In this document: piece after piece, positions 1 through 13,005 of the stretch | Position numbering within the stretch: position 1 is the first letter of the stretch | Layout: the number at the start of each line of letters is the position of its first letter | Origin: Girardia tigrina | Lineage: Eukaryota | Direction: 5' to 3' | NCBI GenBank assembly: GCA_001938485.1 | Contig: MQRK01217779.1 | Location: forward strand, 16,907 to 80,906 | DNA length: 64,000 bases | Program-made: the position numbers and the translations under genes | The notes under the pieces: generated by a model | Database searches by the model: none | Told to the model about the DNA's origin: nothing | Seen by the model: only the letters and a program-made list of their open reading frames with translations

Positions 1-48
<48 letters not shown>
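1..48. repeat. (TA)n microsatellite
   Basis: Pure AT dinucleotide run. Similar runs at ~10459-10596, ~16965-17024 (with a TG tail), ~21546-21588 and ~38641-38786. Confidence 0.95.
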
Positions 49-55
<7 letters not shown>

Positions 56-899
56 AAATAAAATAAGAAATTTAATTACAAGTATATTAACTCATTTATT
101 CCAAACAAATATTGATAACACAAAAAATATAACCTCTAAAGTTCAAAGCAGCGTGAACACCGGAAAATATAGTACCAATACCGATAAAATCGTCGGGAAA
201 ATGTATGAACAATATGGTCTTTTATTTCAATATGGAAAGTAGAAAGCAACTTTTTCTTTTTCTTTTTGGTAATTAGATAGATTATAGGATTGGAAAATGT
301 TGAATTCTAGGCTATCTTCGTTACACGTAAATACGTAGTAAAATATTTGTTCGGATAGTTGGTTATTTTTAATTAGAATCGTAGTAAATTCGGCAAATAG
401 GTGGATTACTATGTTAGTCGTTTATTCTTTTAAATTTTCGTCTTTTAACTTTTTTCAATTGTTTTTAATAATTTTACAATAATTCTTAATGACAAAATCC
501 ACTATCGATTTTTTACAAAATTTTAATTTGTGCACTCAATTACTGTGGGTATTTAAAACAAATAAAAACCTTGAATAAAAAAATCATAAATAAAATTCTT
601 TCAAATTTTATAAAATAGCATTTTTTCTTTTATTTCCATATTATTATTTTCAAACTGATTTTGACTAAATAATAAAAAAAACTAATTGAGATTATTTGAT
701 AATAAAAAATTACATAAAATTACATACACAAATAAAACACACGTATAAACTATTACACAAAAATAAAAAACATACTGTAATCCAAGGGCGGATCCAGGGG
801 ACAAGCCTGGGAGGGGAGGTATTTTTTTGATAAATAAAATTACTAAAATTATAGGAGTCCTATTAAAGTATTTTATTATCAAAGTAGAAATAAAAAAAC

Positions 900-1720
900 C
901 ACATTCATGTTCGGAATACTTATTGTTATCCTTGGATAACAGGCGAACACTCCGAACAAGAGTCGCTCATTGAAGTTCATTACTCGTCCCTTCTCTCTAC
1001 TTTTCTACTGGTGCATCTGCTGCAACCGTTGCAAGAGCAACAGTCATTGAATTTGACTTAAGAGGATTCCACTGTCCGGTGTTGTGTTTGTTCCATGTCA
1101 AAATGCAATACTTGACGATGGAGACAATACACACGATCCCAAATGTTTTTGGTCGTCTCTGAGAGCTTTATTGTTTTGAGTTTTGTTCCGTTTTCCCTCG
1201 GCCATCAACCAAAGCAACCCACTACAATGGAGCCCAGTCGAACTGTTCATTGATTTTTTTTTTTATTTAGAGTTTAATGCGTATTGTACGGTGTTTTGAC
1301 ATCGATCAGTCAGAATTCTTTTGTACCCTTTTTTTATATGTGTAAGTCTACTCTGCTTTTCGAGTCAGACCACGCGCACTCACAGTCTTTAATTATTTGT
1401 AGGATTGATTTTCCTATGATATTGCTTCCTCGACAATCTGCATCACCGCATTATTTCGGGCAATAATCATCGGACTCTTTCTTTTACAGAGATACAAGAC
1501 ATGTATTAGTGTCTCTGTATCTTTACCACACGCTCGGCAGAGTGTTTTATTGCGTGGTTTTCTGGGTTTGTAATTAGTTGTGAGGCTGTTTGTTCGTGCA
1601 TAGTGAAGAAATCGTCATTCTTCATTGTAATGTTTTTGTAATAAGACAAAAAACGACTTTGATTAACTGACTTTTGTATAACGAACTCGTTCTTTATGAT
1701 ACTACGTAATATTCAGAATA
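900..1720 (-). mobile_element. Decayed 3' part of an RLE-type (R2/NeSL-group) non-LTR retrotransposon
   Basis: Manual minus-strand translation gives RFLHYARTNSL...LCRACGKDTETLIHVLYLC (CCHC knuckle), then SRVDLHI...LIDVKTPY and GSIVVGCFG (restriction-like endonuclease motifs), with stops and frameshifts. Homologous to the ORF at 59565-60104. Boundaries approximate. Confidence 0.8.
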
Positions 1721-2672
1721 TGTAAAAAAACTAGGTTAATCAAATTGTATATTTGATTAATCTAATTGTTTATGAATATGTAATGGAGCAAAAAAAATAA
1801 CTTAACTTAACACCTTTAATTAAAATAAAAAAATGAATAATAACCAGCAAATTATGAGTGAATACCGTCAGATATCGATTTAAATGATGATCAGCTATAC
1901 GGAGATAGTCTATAATACGTAGTCTTTTATATTGTTTCTCGAGATTTCGGTAAAATTGGATATTCGGTATATAATAATTCGGCTGAAATTATAGCTTGAG
2001 TTGTTGGATCAGTATCAAAATAACTCGACTGAATCGTAGGATCAGAAACTGAATTATTCGACTAAAGGTCAGTGAGTCAAATTAGTCGATATAAAATAAA
2101 TCAGATGAAATTGTAGAATGTATCGTTGAAGCAGAGGTAGTAGTAGTAGTCAGGCAGTTAAATTAATTAATCGATTGAATTTCTGAATTTAAATTCAAAA
2201 TTCAAATCGTAAAAAAATATATATAAATAGTAAGCATAATAATTACATTCTTCGGTGATGGACACTTTTGATGCAATATTCGCCATGGAGAGAAAGTTTT
2301 AAATGTTTGAATCTCTTGATCCAATGACTTCATTTATTTTATCAATCGAGTTAATGTGATTTACTTTCCCGGTGTCTTTATTATTATTTTCCCTTGTTTG
2401 ATCTTCTGTGTCTTCTTCTTTCTTGGTTTCGTATAATACGACGAAATCAACATAAAAAAAATCAACCAAAAATTGTATTAACATTAAGTAACAAAAAAAA
2501 TATCAAAGGGTACACTAAAAAAATCGTCACAGTCTCTTTCTTCAAGCTTCGAAAGAAAAATAAAAATAAAAAATATAAATATGTCCCAATAAAAAAAATC
2601 ACTAAACCGAATATACACCACAAAGATAAAAAATTGCAAAAATCACGCTAGTACATGAACTAAAATGTATAT

Positions 2673-3269
2673 CTAGATCAAAAGACTCACATTACAGTTT
2701 TCACTGTACATGACATCAACACTATCCTTGTTATCTGCAAGCGCAGTTGCAGATATTCCAGTCATCGTCTGTTTGCTCCACTTTGTGAATTTTAGTTTTT
2801 CCTACAAACGATGGAAATTGGAGGAGATTGAGTGTATGTGAGTTTTAGAAACCAACACCGATTTAGTATTGATGTGGATTCCAAGTTCGTACGTGGTGAA
2901 TCTTGCTCGCAATTCAATAGAATCGAGATATTTAATTGAATTGCAAATCTTTATCAAACACAATGTGTATCTATTCTCTTTGTCGCCTTGATTTAACCAC
3001 TCTAGGCAATCAGAGAGTGTCCAGTCTCAATCTGTGTTGTCGTACTTATCCAGAGTTTTTACTAAATTAATTAGTGTTAAGTCCTGAGATGTCGACTCCG
3101 AACAAATGAGATTTCAAAATGCTGGCATTGAATATTCATCGATCGAGTCGATCGAGTAAGGTTCTTGATCATTGGTTATGTTGTAAGGGTAGAACCTCAT
3201 CCATTTCAAAAGATGAGTTTTCTGTTCTACAAAAGGGTTTTAATTCACATTACGAATGACAGTTTTGTG
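2673..3269 (-). pseudogene. Decayed ORF of unknown family
   Basis: One frame of 199 codons with only 4 internal stops and no frameshift (HKTVIRNVN*NPFVEQKTHLLKWMRFYPYNIT...WTLSDCLEWLNQGDKENRYTLCLIKIC...). Family not recognised. Confidence 0.4.
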
Positions 3270-3615
3270 AATCTCTACTAATAAGACCCCACAACCCATC
3301 AATTAACATTCAGAATGGGCAAAGTAAAGTTATTTCAAGTAAACTTAAAATTTTTAATTAAAATATTCTTTTTGCCATTATTACCCAATAATACTTTGAT
3401 AAATAATAATAATTGATTTTTTGGTTACCTTTTAAAGTAAAATATATCTATTAAAATTGTATTATTCAAACAATTCAATATTCATATACTAAATATCCGA
3501 AAATTGCTGATGATGATGTATGTAAACATCGAAACATGTCCAATAATTATATAAAAAAAGCTTTAATCAAATTATATTTTCGAAATACTAAACTTGCGTT
3601 CACAAGACTCAATAT
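3269..3615 (+). mobile_element. Penelope-like element 3' end (GIY-YIG C-terminus plus 3' UTR/pLTR)
   Basis: 3269-3361 encodes ESLLIRPHNPSINIQNGQSKVISSKLKIFN*, the typical E-x-L-x-I...P-x-I-N-x-Q ending of Penelope GIY-YIG domains. A hammerhead motif follows ~145 nt later, then a (TA)n run. Confidence 0.75.
3503..3544 (+). ncRNA. Minimal type I hammerhead ribozyme (Penelope-associated)
   Basis: Stem I AUUG/CAAU; core CUGAUGA (3507-3513); extra U; stem II GAUGU/ACAUC; GAAA; palindromic stem III ACAUGU; cleavage triplet GUC (cut after 3540). Confidence 0.8.
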
Positions 3616-3637
3616 TATATATATATATATATATATA

Positions 3638-3686
3638 TCATGTTTCTCCAAATATAAGACAGTGTCTTATATTATGAAAAACATGG
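3638..3686. mobile_element. Collapsed Tc1/pogo-like mini-MITE (two TIRs fused)
   Basis: catgtttctccaaatataagaca-g-tgtcttatattatgaaaaacatg is an imperfect palindrome flanked by TA on both sides. Confidence 0.5.
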
Positions 3687-3688
3687 TA

Positions 3689-4363
3689 TATATATAAATT
3701 ATACAAAACAAAAACTAATAAATCACTTACTATCTACATATTTATATAATTTTATTCTGGATATTTATTATTTAGCCGGTATCATAATGTTTTGTTCGTT
3801 TCAATCAATTAGCAATGAAACATGCTGTGAATATTTAGGATTTAATAAATGTCTGTAATGATGTTATTTATTCGTTATTCCCCATATGGAAAACAATTTA
3901 GTCATGTATTTATTTCTTTTTTATATTAATAAATAAATATTGTGATTGATAAATTAAGAATTAGACCTGAGTTCGGAAGGAAATAATCGCAGATAATCCA
4001 TTTTTGACGTGTTTACTAATAGTTAATTTAATAAACTGAACTTTTTATTTTGATAATATTATCATTTTTGTATTAAATATAAAATTTATATGTAACTATT
4101 CTAATAAGAAAAGTAATTGTAAAATTTCTTTAGAATTATATTTTTGCCGAAAGCATTACTCTAATTTGCATATTTCATAATTATTTTTTAATAAATATAT
4201 TTATTAAATATATTTTTGAAAAATTATGCATAATATTGTGTAAAGTTAACAAAATATTTTAGTTTTATTCCTTTTTTTTAAAAAAGATCAATATTATTTA
4301 TCTATAATTGACAATTAGTTTTGTAACTGTTTAAATAGTAATATAATGTGATATAATGTGTTG
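3689..4363 (+). repeat. ~675-bp segment, inverted copy at 54443-55112
   Basis: Base-by-base reverse complement of 54443-55112 with only scattered substitutions and small indels. Confidence 0.95.
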
Positions 4364-4949
4364 CCCAGTCTATAAGTTGGGATAAGCATCAATCCATATG
4401 AGACCATAATACGTTAATGAATCAACGTTCTCGAACCAGAGCTTATGCAAACACCCTATTTTTATACGAATGGTGTTGCCTTGAAATCGCTCTATTTTTT
4501 TTGTTTTTCCTGTCGAAAGCGACTTTAAATAAAGACTGTCATAACTTATTTTTTTAGTTTCATAAAATCAATTTTTTTCATCAATATTGAAGACCTCTGA
4601 AAATTTTTAACATTTTACGCTTTCATAAAATTATTATACTTTAAATTAAATCTCTCTTCAGCGTATTCATAATTTTAAGTCAATAATATATAAATATATA
4701 AACATAAAACTAATTATAGAACTACTTATTTAAATGCTGTTTTGTTTTGTTAAAATTCTTCTAACACTTCATCCTGAAATAATAATTCAAATAATAATTT
4801 TTTTAGGGGTTATACAAATATCAATCAATATATGTACGACTACAAACCATGGAAAAAAAACTCGTTTTATTTATATCAATCATGTTTTCTTTTTATATAG
4901 CCTATATATCTAATCTATATATGTTAAATAGTGAGTATTATTGGTGATC

Positions 4950-5494
4950 TTTGGTATATATAACTTTCATAAAAAAAATTTTCACTGAAATGACATTCAC
5001 TGAAATGACATTCACTGAAATGAATATCATCGAAAATACTGTTACCGAAATTTTTTTCATCGAAATTTTTTTCACCGAAAGTTTTTTCATTCTTTCGCCG
5101 AAATGAAACCCTTAAAGATAATTTATAAGCATTAATCGATATATATATAATAACAGTATGTATTACTTTCACCGAAATAAAATATAACGTCTCCATGCTT
5201 TGCTTCCTAATAAGAGTATGTCGACTCATAAGCATTTACTGAGTACTTACTTGGAATTGTGTCAAATATAAATTATTAAGTGTTACTTTTTGTTTTCTAT
5301 TAATGTTTTAATTTTAATTGCTTTAAATTATTTTTTATGCATTTCAAAGAAATGCGTGTCGGTGAAAATATTTTTTTATATTTTTTTTAATTTAACGCAG
5401 TAATATGTATTTCGGTGAAATTAATTTCGGTAAAAGTAATTTTGGTGAACGTAATTTCGATGAAAAAAAATTTCGATGAAAGTAATGCCAACCC
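4950..5494. mobile_element. Non-autonomous DNA transposon/MITE with inverted arrays of ~15-bp subterminal repeats
   Basis: Left arm has repeated ttcactgaaa/ttcatcgaaa/ttcaccgaaa units; right arm has the reverse complements (ttcggtgaaa, ttcgatgaaa) ending in ...gccaaccc. Left boundary approximate. Confidence 0.6.
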
Positions 5495-6377
5495 AACTTT
5501 CAAAGAGAAATATGAAGCAGTGAAGTACGTGCTCGACAAAATACAATATGAGAAGCACCAATGGATGATCTGCGTCGACTTAAAGATGGTGAACTTTCTA
5601 CTTGGTCAGCAGTCCGGGTTCATAAAGTACCCATACTTTATATGTATGTGGGACATAAATATGACATGATAAACTTCATGAATACGTTAGAGTGCGCCGC
5701 GTGTAAATCGTTTGTGCAGGTGGTGACCAACTTCCTGGGGAACACGAAGTCAGCAAACCAAGCCAGATTCATTAGCAACATGATAGAGGTCTTCCAAAAA
5801 CACGGTTGTTTGGTGAGTATAAAGATGTACTTCCTGTTCTCACACATGGAGAACTTTCCTGAAAACTTTGGGGCGATGAGCGACGAGTAGGGAGAAAGGT
5901 TCCATCAGGACTTGTGCAAAATGGAGGAGAGGTAGCAGGGGAGATGGGACGCAATCATGATGACGGGCTACTGTTGGTCGCTGAAGAGAGGCAACCCAGC
6001 AGCTCCTCACACACGAGAATTGAATAAACCCCGATTTATGCCGTGAATTCTGAACTTTTGTGCTACGTAACGCTCATTCTTATACTAATATTGTGTATAA
6101 TTAGGCAAATTAAATTTGATGGACTAAATAAAAACTGAATGAATTTTGATGCATGGACTTTTATTTCTTGAGGAAAACGGAAAAAATCTTCAGGGGTTTC
6201 TCAGCTGATGATCCACAGAAATTTTTTTTTAAAAATCGATTTTTTAAAAATTTCTGTAACAAAAAAACTTGATTGAGCAAAACCAATGTCATTTTCGGAC
6301 TCAGAGCATCAAAATTAGTCTAATTCAGCTGGAAAACCCTCGACAATTTTCAAAGAATATTTTTTTGTTACCCAGTG
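5495..6377 (+). mobile_element. Chapaev3-like (CMC) DNA transposon, 5'-truncated and internally deleted
   Basis: WMICVDLKMVNFLLGQQSG...KMYFLFSHMENFPENFGAMSDE*GERFHQDL...YCWSLKR motifs. Terminus ...ttacccagtg (reverse complement CACTG) followed by TAA, consistent with a TWA target site. Confidence 0.75.
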
Positions 6378-6499
6378 TAATACATACTATTTTATACTAA
6401 CGAATCCTTATTTGGTAATTCTGAATGTTAAATAAAATAGTAGTAAATATTGTCGACTGTTATTTATCATGGACAATCATATTTACTACACCTTTGATT

Positions 6500-6980
6500 A
6501 GATTAATTTTTCCTGTTGTCCCATTGATTTCTTCCATTATTCACGTTCCTTAAACCTTTTTTGGTTTTCATAATACTGTGGGCTTAAGTTTCCTTTTTTT
6601 ATTACTGTGACTACACTTCACATTTGGACACTCTCTTCTCACGTGCCCTTCTTCTTGGTATGACCAATAAGTATTTTGTTGGACTTTCTTCTTGTGTCTT
6701 ATTCTATTAATTTTTTATTCCTCGGTCTTAGTGTTCTTCTCTTATTTTCCACAATTTAGCCCTCTATTTCTCTTTTTGTGGTACATGCTGCAACAGGTGT
6801 GTTTCTTTTCTTTTTATTATATTATAACATTCTAGTTTTGATGCCTTCAATCTCCTCAGATTTCGTAACACCTCTGATGGCTATATTTTCTGCTCGTCTC
6901 CATTATCTATCAGGTTAACGTAGACCAAATTCGATAGTTGTTTTTTATTTAACTTTTCTCCACTAACTTTTCATCTCTTT
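6500..6980 (-). mobile_element. Decayed gag fragment of the same gypsy family as 13006-16250 and 46289-51411
   Basis: Minus strand reads QEEGHVRRECPNVKCSHS, matching the zinc-knuckle region EEGHIRRDCPNVKCTHC of the other copies. Confidence 0.65.
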
Positions 6981-9149
6981 TCTAAATTTTACTTATAATG
7001 AGTTAGATAAAATTGCTACTAGCTAAATAATTTATTTAGAAAATTCAAATTTAATACTATATTTGCAAAAATTAAATAAACAAACTAAAATCAAAATTTC
7101 CAAAATCATATAAAAATGTATAAGAAAAATGGCACTTTTAAATTACGAAAATTAAATCATGTTATTTCGATATTTTTAAAAAACACATGTGAAAATTTAA
7201 AAAAATGTGATTTAAAACCACACAAATATGAAAACATGTTAATTCTAAATTTTTAAAAACATAAAAATAAAAAATGTAATTTAAAAAAAATCACACAAAA
7301 GAAACTAACGTATATTCGATTAAAACATAAATTTCGAAAACACATATTCGATTGGCATAAACATTAAGACAATAAAAAGATAATCAAAAAACAATAAAAA
7401 TAAATAATCCATAAAGTTAAAAATAATGTTTAACTAAATACTACATAAAAGTAAAATAAACACACTTTAAAATATTTTATTTTAAATATTAAATTACTTG
7501 TATGAGGAATAAATTAATTTAATTAAAAAGCAATCGCAATAATTTTATAAAATTTTAAAAGAAGAAAAAGGATTAACTTAAATAAATGAAATTGGTGAAA
7601 TGAATATCTATTTTCTAAAAAAAAGGATAAACGAAAATACTAATGAAAAAAGTTTTTAAAGATAGGTAGATGAAAATGGGTTTTAATTTATGTGTAATAT
7701 TGTTAATAAAATTTTGATCATTATGAATTCCAGTTCAAATATTCAAAACAATATTAATACAATTAACATTTATAATACTTAAACAAATCTAACCACTGTA
7801 TCAAACTTTATTTTCATCATTCATATCTGTTTGTTTTTAAGAAAACAATGAAATACGTGCTTTTTCCTATGTATTTTACTTTTTATGACTTAAAGTACTG
7901 ATAAACCTTTTATAATAAAATTTTTGTAAGTGTTCAACTCCTAAAATAATTTTATTATTTTTAGCGCATTTTCTAATGTTGTCAAAAAAGGTGTTGTGGT
8001 ACTCGGTATGTTCGTATATGTATGTAATTATGCGTAAGTTGATGGACAATGTTATTTGGCACTACAATTTAATAAGAGGTCTCAAACTAAATATTGACAG
8101 ATGTCTCATCAAGGATGTTGTACACGGCTAAAAGCATTTTTGAAGAACAATTCATTTTACTTTAAAGAAGGCCTAAAAGAGGTTTGGAGGTGAAAATCTG
8201 AAAGTAATAAACACTTCATTTGTCCTATTGTTTTGTGGTTTTCTTAATGTAAAACTAGACTTGAGCAGAATATTAAATTTTCAGAAAGCAATTGATCTAC
8301 CCACCGGAAAAACTTGAAGTATTTTTAAGCATATCTAAAAAATAGAAATGGCACTGTATTCTACTCACTTTTGTGAGTACTGATGAATATTGTTTTGATT
8401 TTTATGTTAGTATCCTATTTTGGTTTGAAATAAAAGTTGTCATTGCTTACCTTTTTTGCAGTACAGAATTTTTTTTATTTCTTTAGGGCAATTAAGTTTT
8501 TATTTCTGATCCGATAAATTATCTTATATTCCTTTGTAACATTATATAGAATTTTTATAATATTTTTATTATATTCAGCGTATTTTTCTTTAAATAGTAG
8601 TAAAAGTCTCCGGTTAAAAATTTACTAATTTACACTCTCCCACTTACACATGTATCATAAGATATTATTAATTTATTCCTTTATGCTTTCGTTGAATATT
8701 CCATAGCACTTATTAAAAGCGATAAAGCAATAAATAAATATTATATTTTTATCAAAGTTTTATATCCTTTTAAATTAATTTTTAAGTACTTATCTAAGTG
8801 AAATCAATAGACTCTTTTTGAAATTCTTTTAAATTCTATTGTCATTAAATTTCTGTAATATATAGTTTATGATATTTTTATAATCAAATTTGTTTGATTT
8901 AGATTTATAAAAAGTATTTGATGTACAATTATAGTCTGTTTTAATAGTATTTAAAAATATTTTCGGTATAATTTTTATATAATTTAGCAGTATTTTTTAT
9001 GGCTTACAATTTTTTTTATTTCTTACCAATGACAAAACTAACACATTTTCACAAATTTTATTTTAGGAAATTATCATCGATTCAAACATAAATTTTTCGT
9101 TATAATGATTACATTTTTAATAATAATCTAAAAAGTAAAGTAATTACTC

Positions 9150-10400
9150 TATATAAGGTCCATGGAGTCATTTGGCATTTTTCGTAGTGAAAGTTTGTTT
9201 TAATCAGTCTCTAGTGACCTTGTTCATCTCGTTGTCTTCGCTGATGAGTATAATCTTCACATCCTTGAAACGCCTTATAACTTGATATGATTCATTTTAA
9301 CTTGGCTTGAAAGAGAAAGGATTTTAATATCGTAACCAAACTTTCACAATCTTTCTGTGCTTTTGGTATGATAATTCGTTTAGTTGTTTTTGAGATGATC
9401 AGTCGAGCTTCATGTGCTCCCATGACCGCTTTGACATCTGTCCAAGTGGGTAGTGCGTTTCTATCTTCGTCTAAGATCAGATCTTAGGTAGCCTGGTAGA
9501 GGTTCAATATTCAAGTTTAGTTAGGTAAGTTTCTGATTCAGTTATTGTGACATTCCGTAGTGCAAATATTACGATTGGTATGTGATTGGCCCATGTTTGT
9601 TCTGCGTTGTCGGAAATAATGCTGAGTGTATTTTATACGAGTGTCAGAATCACTCGATTTTTCTGGAATGGTATTTTTTGCGGTGCTCTATACCAACGTT
9701 TTAAAAAAACTGTTGAATTGAGATAATATAAATTACCTTCCATGGTCCGTCATGATTTTCTCCGGAGGACCAATATGATTGATCAACGTGTTCATTATGA
9801 CTTTAATGAGTGATGTTATTGTGATTTTATGAACGGGTACGAATTTTGGACATGATGTTTGCTGATCTAAGAATGTTATCAGTAATCTTACCGTTCAAAG
9901 TTGGAAAGGGACCATTAATATTCATTTGCAAAACTTAAACTGGTCTTTCTTTTTGTTCTTTTCATTGAAAATATCAGCTTCAGTTATCGTTTTCATTGAT
10001 CTTTTGTCCATAAAGCTATATTGCTACATTCTTTCATTGCTTGAATTCCACTGTCAGTTTGTCAGCGAAACTGAGACCCTTCAAGATAGCATTTGAATTA
10101 TTTGCAGCTAGATATATTGTGAGTAACTGTCGATCGAATGTCTAGTACTTCTTTTCAGCCCACCCTAATCTTCTGTAAAAAAATGTATTTGGAGATATTA
10201 TGCTGTTGATTTTGTGGTTCAATCTGGCTCCAGCTGCTGTTTTGGAAGCATCCATGCATAAAATAAGCTCTTTGACTGAATGAATGTATATTAATGATAT
10301 ATGGTAGTTCATATTTGAATTTTCCCACAATAATTTCATGAACGATAGAATTTGATTTATCAATTCTTCAAACTGTCAACTTAATTTGTTCATAAGTGAA
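9150..10400 (-). mobile_element. Highly decayed Ty3/gypsy pol remnant (RNase H to integrase)
   Basis: ORF 10142-10363 has LILCMDASKTAAGA...FFYRRLGWAEKKY (RNase H); downstream GPPEKIMTDHG-like integrase motif. Confidence 0.6.
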
Positions 10401-10455
10401 AAAGTATTAGTCATAAGAATCACGACTTCTCTGTCGCTGAGGTGTCGTGTAAAGA

Positions 10456-10521
<66 letters not shown>

Positions 10522-10619
10522 NNNNNNNNNNNNNNNNNNNNNNNNNNNNNNNNNNNNNNNNNNNNNNNNNNTATATATATATATATATATATATATTCTT
10601 TATATATCTTCTTCATTCC

Positions 10620-11800
10620 TTCTGATCAGCTAAGTCTTTATTGCAAGAAGTGAATGTACAGCTTAGTCTATTGCTATGTGGTTTAACCATTTTCGGATAT
10701 TCTATTCCTTGTTCCACGGTCTCTGACTTTTTCAGGGACAGTGCCTTTAAGTAGGTTTTTTAATTCCTCATCGTTGTAAAGTATCTCTTTTAAATTTATA
10801 CACCCTCTACATTTTACAAAGTCATCGTCGTTGTCTAAAATCCAAAGTGTGTTGCAAACAACATGCTCTCTTGTCAGTTGTTTTGTAAAACCACTGATTT
10901 TGTGGTTATCTGAAACCAGTTCATAGCTTAAAACTCTTTTGATATCATTTACACATTTCTCTTATTATAATCACAGAATACAATTAGCCTTTTGTCCATA
11001 ATCACTCTTGCCTGCTTTAAATCAGTCGAAAGTTCATTTTCAGAGATTTTATCAAGCTTGTAAAAATTACAACGTTCTTCTTAAATGTTGTTCAGCATTA
11101 CTTCCATAATCGAGTGTAGGTTAAATTCTTGCGGGTTGTAACTCTTTAAGATTCTGCATTCCGCAGCTCATTCTTAGACTACTTTCTTGGTTGCAGCTAA
11201 AATTATTGATCAATAAACTATCAACATAATATAATTCCTTCATTCATTTTATGACGATATTCCATGCGATATTTCTGTAAGACACATGACTTTTGTCTTA
11301 GTTGTACTTATAGTCACTTCTAATTCGGAATAGGCGTTCCTCAGTATATTCAGATTTCTACATGCACGATTAATATTGTAATATTAATATATTTAAATCT
11401 ATTGACTTGCATTTCAGCATTACTATTGTCTATGAGGGTTGCCTAGTCCGCGAAACCTTTCTGTATAACCGTTTTAATGACTTTATCGAAAACCAAGTTA
11501 AATAAATAAAGTCTAATCTCACATCATTGTCTGTGCCCTCTTTCCATTAAAAAATCTTTTTTCTAAAAGAAGCAACAAAATTCTAATGAAATTCTTTAAG
11601 AAGACAAAGAACTTTATCTGCTAGACAAAATTTTTTAGGTTTGCCTTCAGTACTTTACGAGTTTATAGCTTTCGCATAGTTTTATCTGCCAAAACGGTTT
11701 TCTTTCTTTTCTTGACAAGTCTCGGAATTGTTGTACTAGAGCAACAAGTACTAAATAACAACAACATTTTCTGATTATTTATTGTTGTAGAGCCATTTTA
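10620..11800 (-). mobile_element. Decayed LINE-type non-LTR reverse transcriptase remnant
   Basis: Minus-strand degenerate motifs DYAKAINS (~DYxKAFDS), GHRQ*CEIRLYLFNLVFD (~GxRQGCxLSPxLFN) and GFAD (~FADD), in the correct order. The 3' side abuts a TA microsatellite. Confidence 0.55.
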
Positions 11801-13005
11801 TCATTTAAGTACCATAAAATTCATGAATATTTATATATTGGTTTATGTTTTTATATGCCTTTTGGCTTATATTGAATGTATTTGAAATACAAAATATGAT
11901 AATCTATTTCATACAAAAAAAGAAATGAAAATTTTTTAATCAAATTCGTGTACTACGTTAATTATTTCTATTAATAACACTGTATACTGGTTAATTTAAA
12001 CTCTTGTTAACTTCGTTAAGAGCATTGACACAATTATTATGAAAATATGTATTAACTTCACATTTACAGTCATTACAACTCTTGAAAGATCTTTCACAAT
12101 GTAGCGTCATTCTAATTGGTTTTTTATTTCTTTATGGCTCTTAAAAATGAAAATTCGAAATTTTTTTCTTTATCTTACTAAAATATTTGTATCTTTTAAT
12201 TTCAAATATATTTATTAAAATTAATAATCTTTGCTTTCTTTTTAAAATCTCAGAATTTAGTTTAAATTATTTGACCATCATTACGTAATATGAACTTTAA
12301 ATAACTTTCTATTTCAATTCATTTATAAACTATTTTATTAATTGTAAGTGTCTTTTAAATTTAAATTTCACTATATTAAAATTTTTTGAGACAGATATTT
12401 TATGAATACATTAAAATTTATATATCTAAATTTATTATTTATTTATATATTTAAATATTAGGATATATCGATTTAAAACTTCTTTTAAAAATAGTTATAT
12501 TAAATTTTGATTTTAATTGTTAATTCAAAAAATTAAAACTTCTTAGATTATTATCATTGTGTTATTATTATTTAAATTAGATTCAATGATTATTTTTTGC
12601 AAATACAAAAATACCAATTTCTATCTGGGTTGAAGAATCATCATTTTAGTTTCAACATGTTCAAATCAGCATATTGCGTTCACATCTGATTTATAATATT
12701 CTTCACAGGTTTCTTAACACTTGACATGCAAATATAATTCGGCGCCGAATTACGCGTGTAGTCGGCGTGTTTTCGTGAATCACGCGGAAGTTTGGTTACT
12801 CAGAAAAATCACATTTAATCAAAAACTACATCGTTTGTATGAACGAAAAATTTTTATTTTACAATTAAATATATACTGTATGATTATTTAACAAAAGAAA
12901 CGATATTTTTAGGAAATCAGTAAAAAAATCATACCCGCAATTTAAAATACTTATTTTTACGTGACCCGCGCTCCAGAGACAGATTGCAAAAAAAGTAAAA
13001 ATACG

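Noticed and set aside
783-820. gggcggatccagggg GC-rich motif as a promoter
   Set aside because: Resembles a lone DNA-transposon terminus; no partner end or associated gene, so too little to call.
4960-5490. Regularly spaced 15-bp repeats as a CRISPR-like array
   Set aside because: No unique spacers, inverted between the two arms, eukaryotic context; better explained as MITE subterminal repeats.
10386-10633. YIYI-repeat ORFs (also 16956-17156 and 38469-38829)
   Set aside because: Translations of (TA)n microsatellites.
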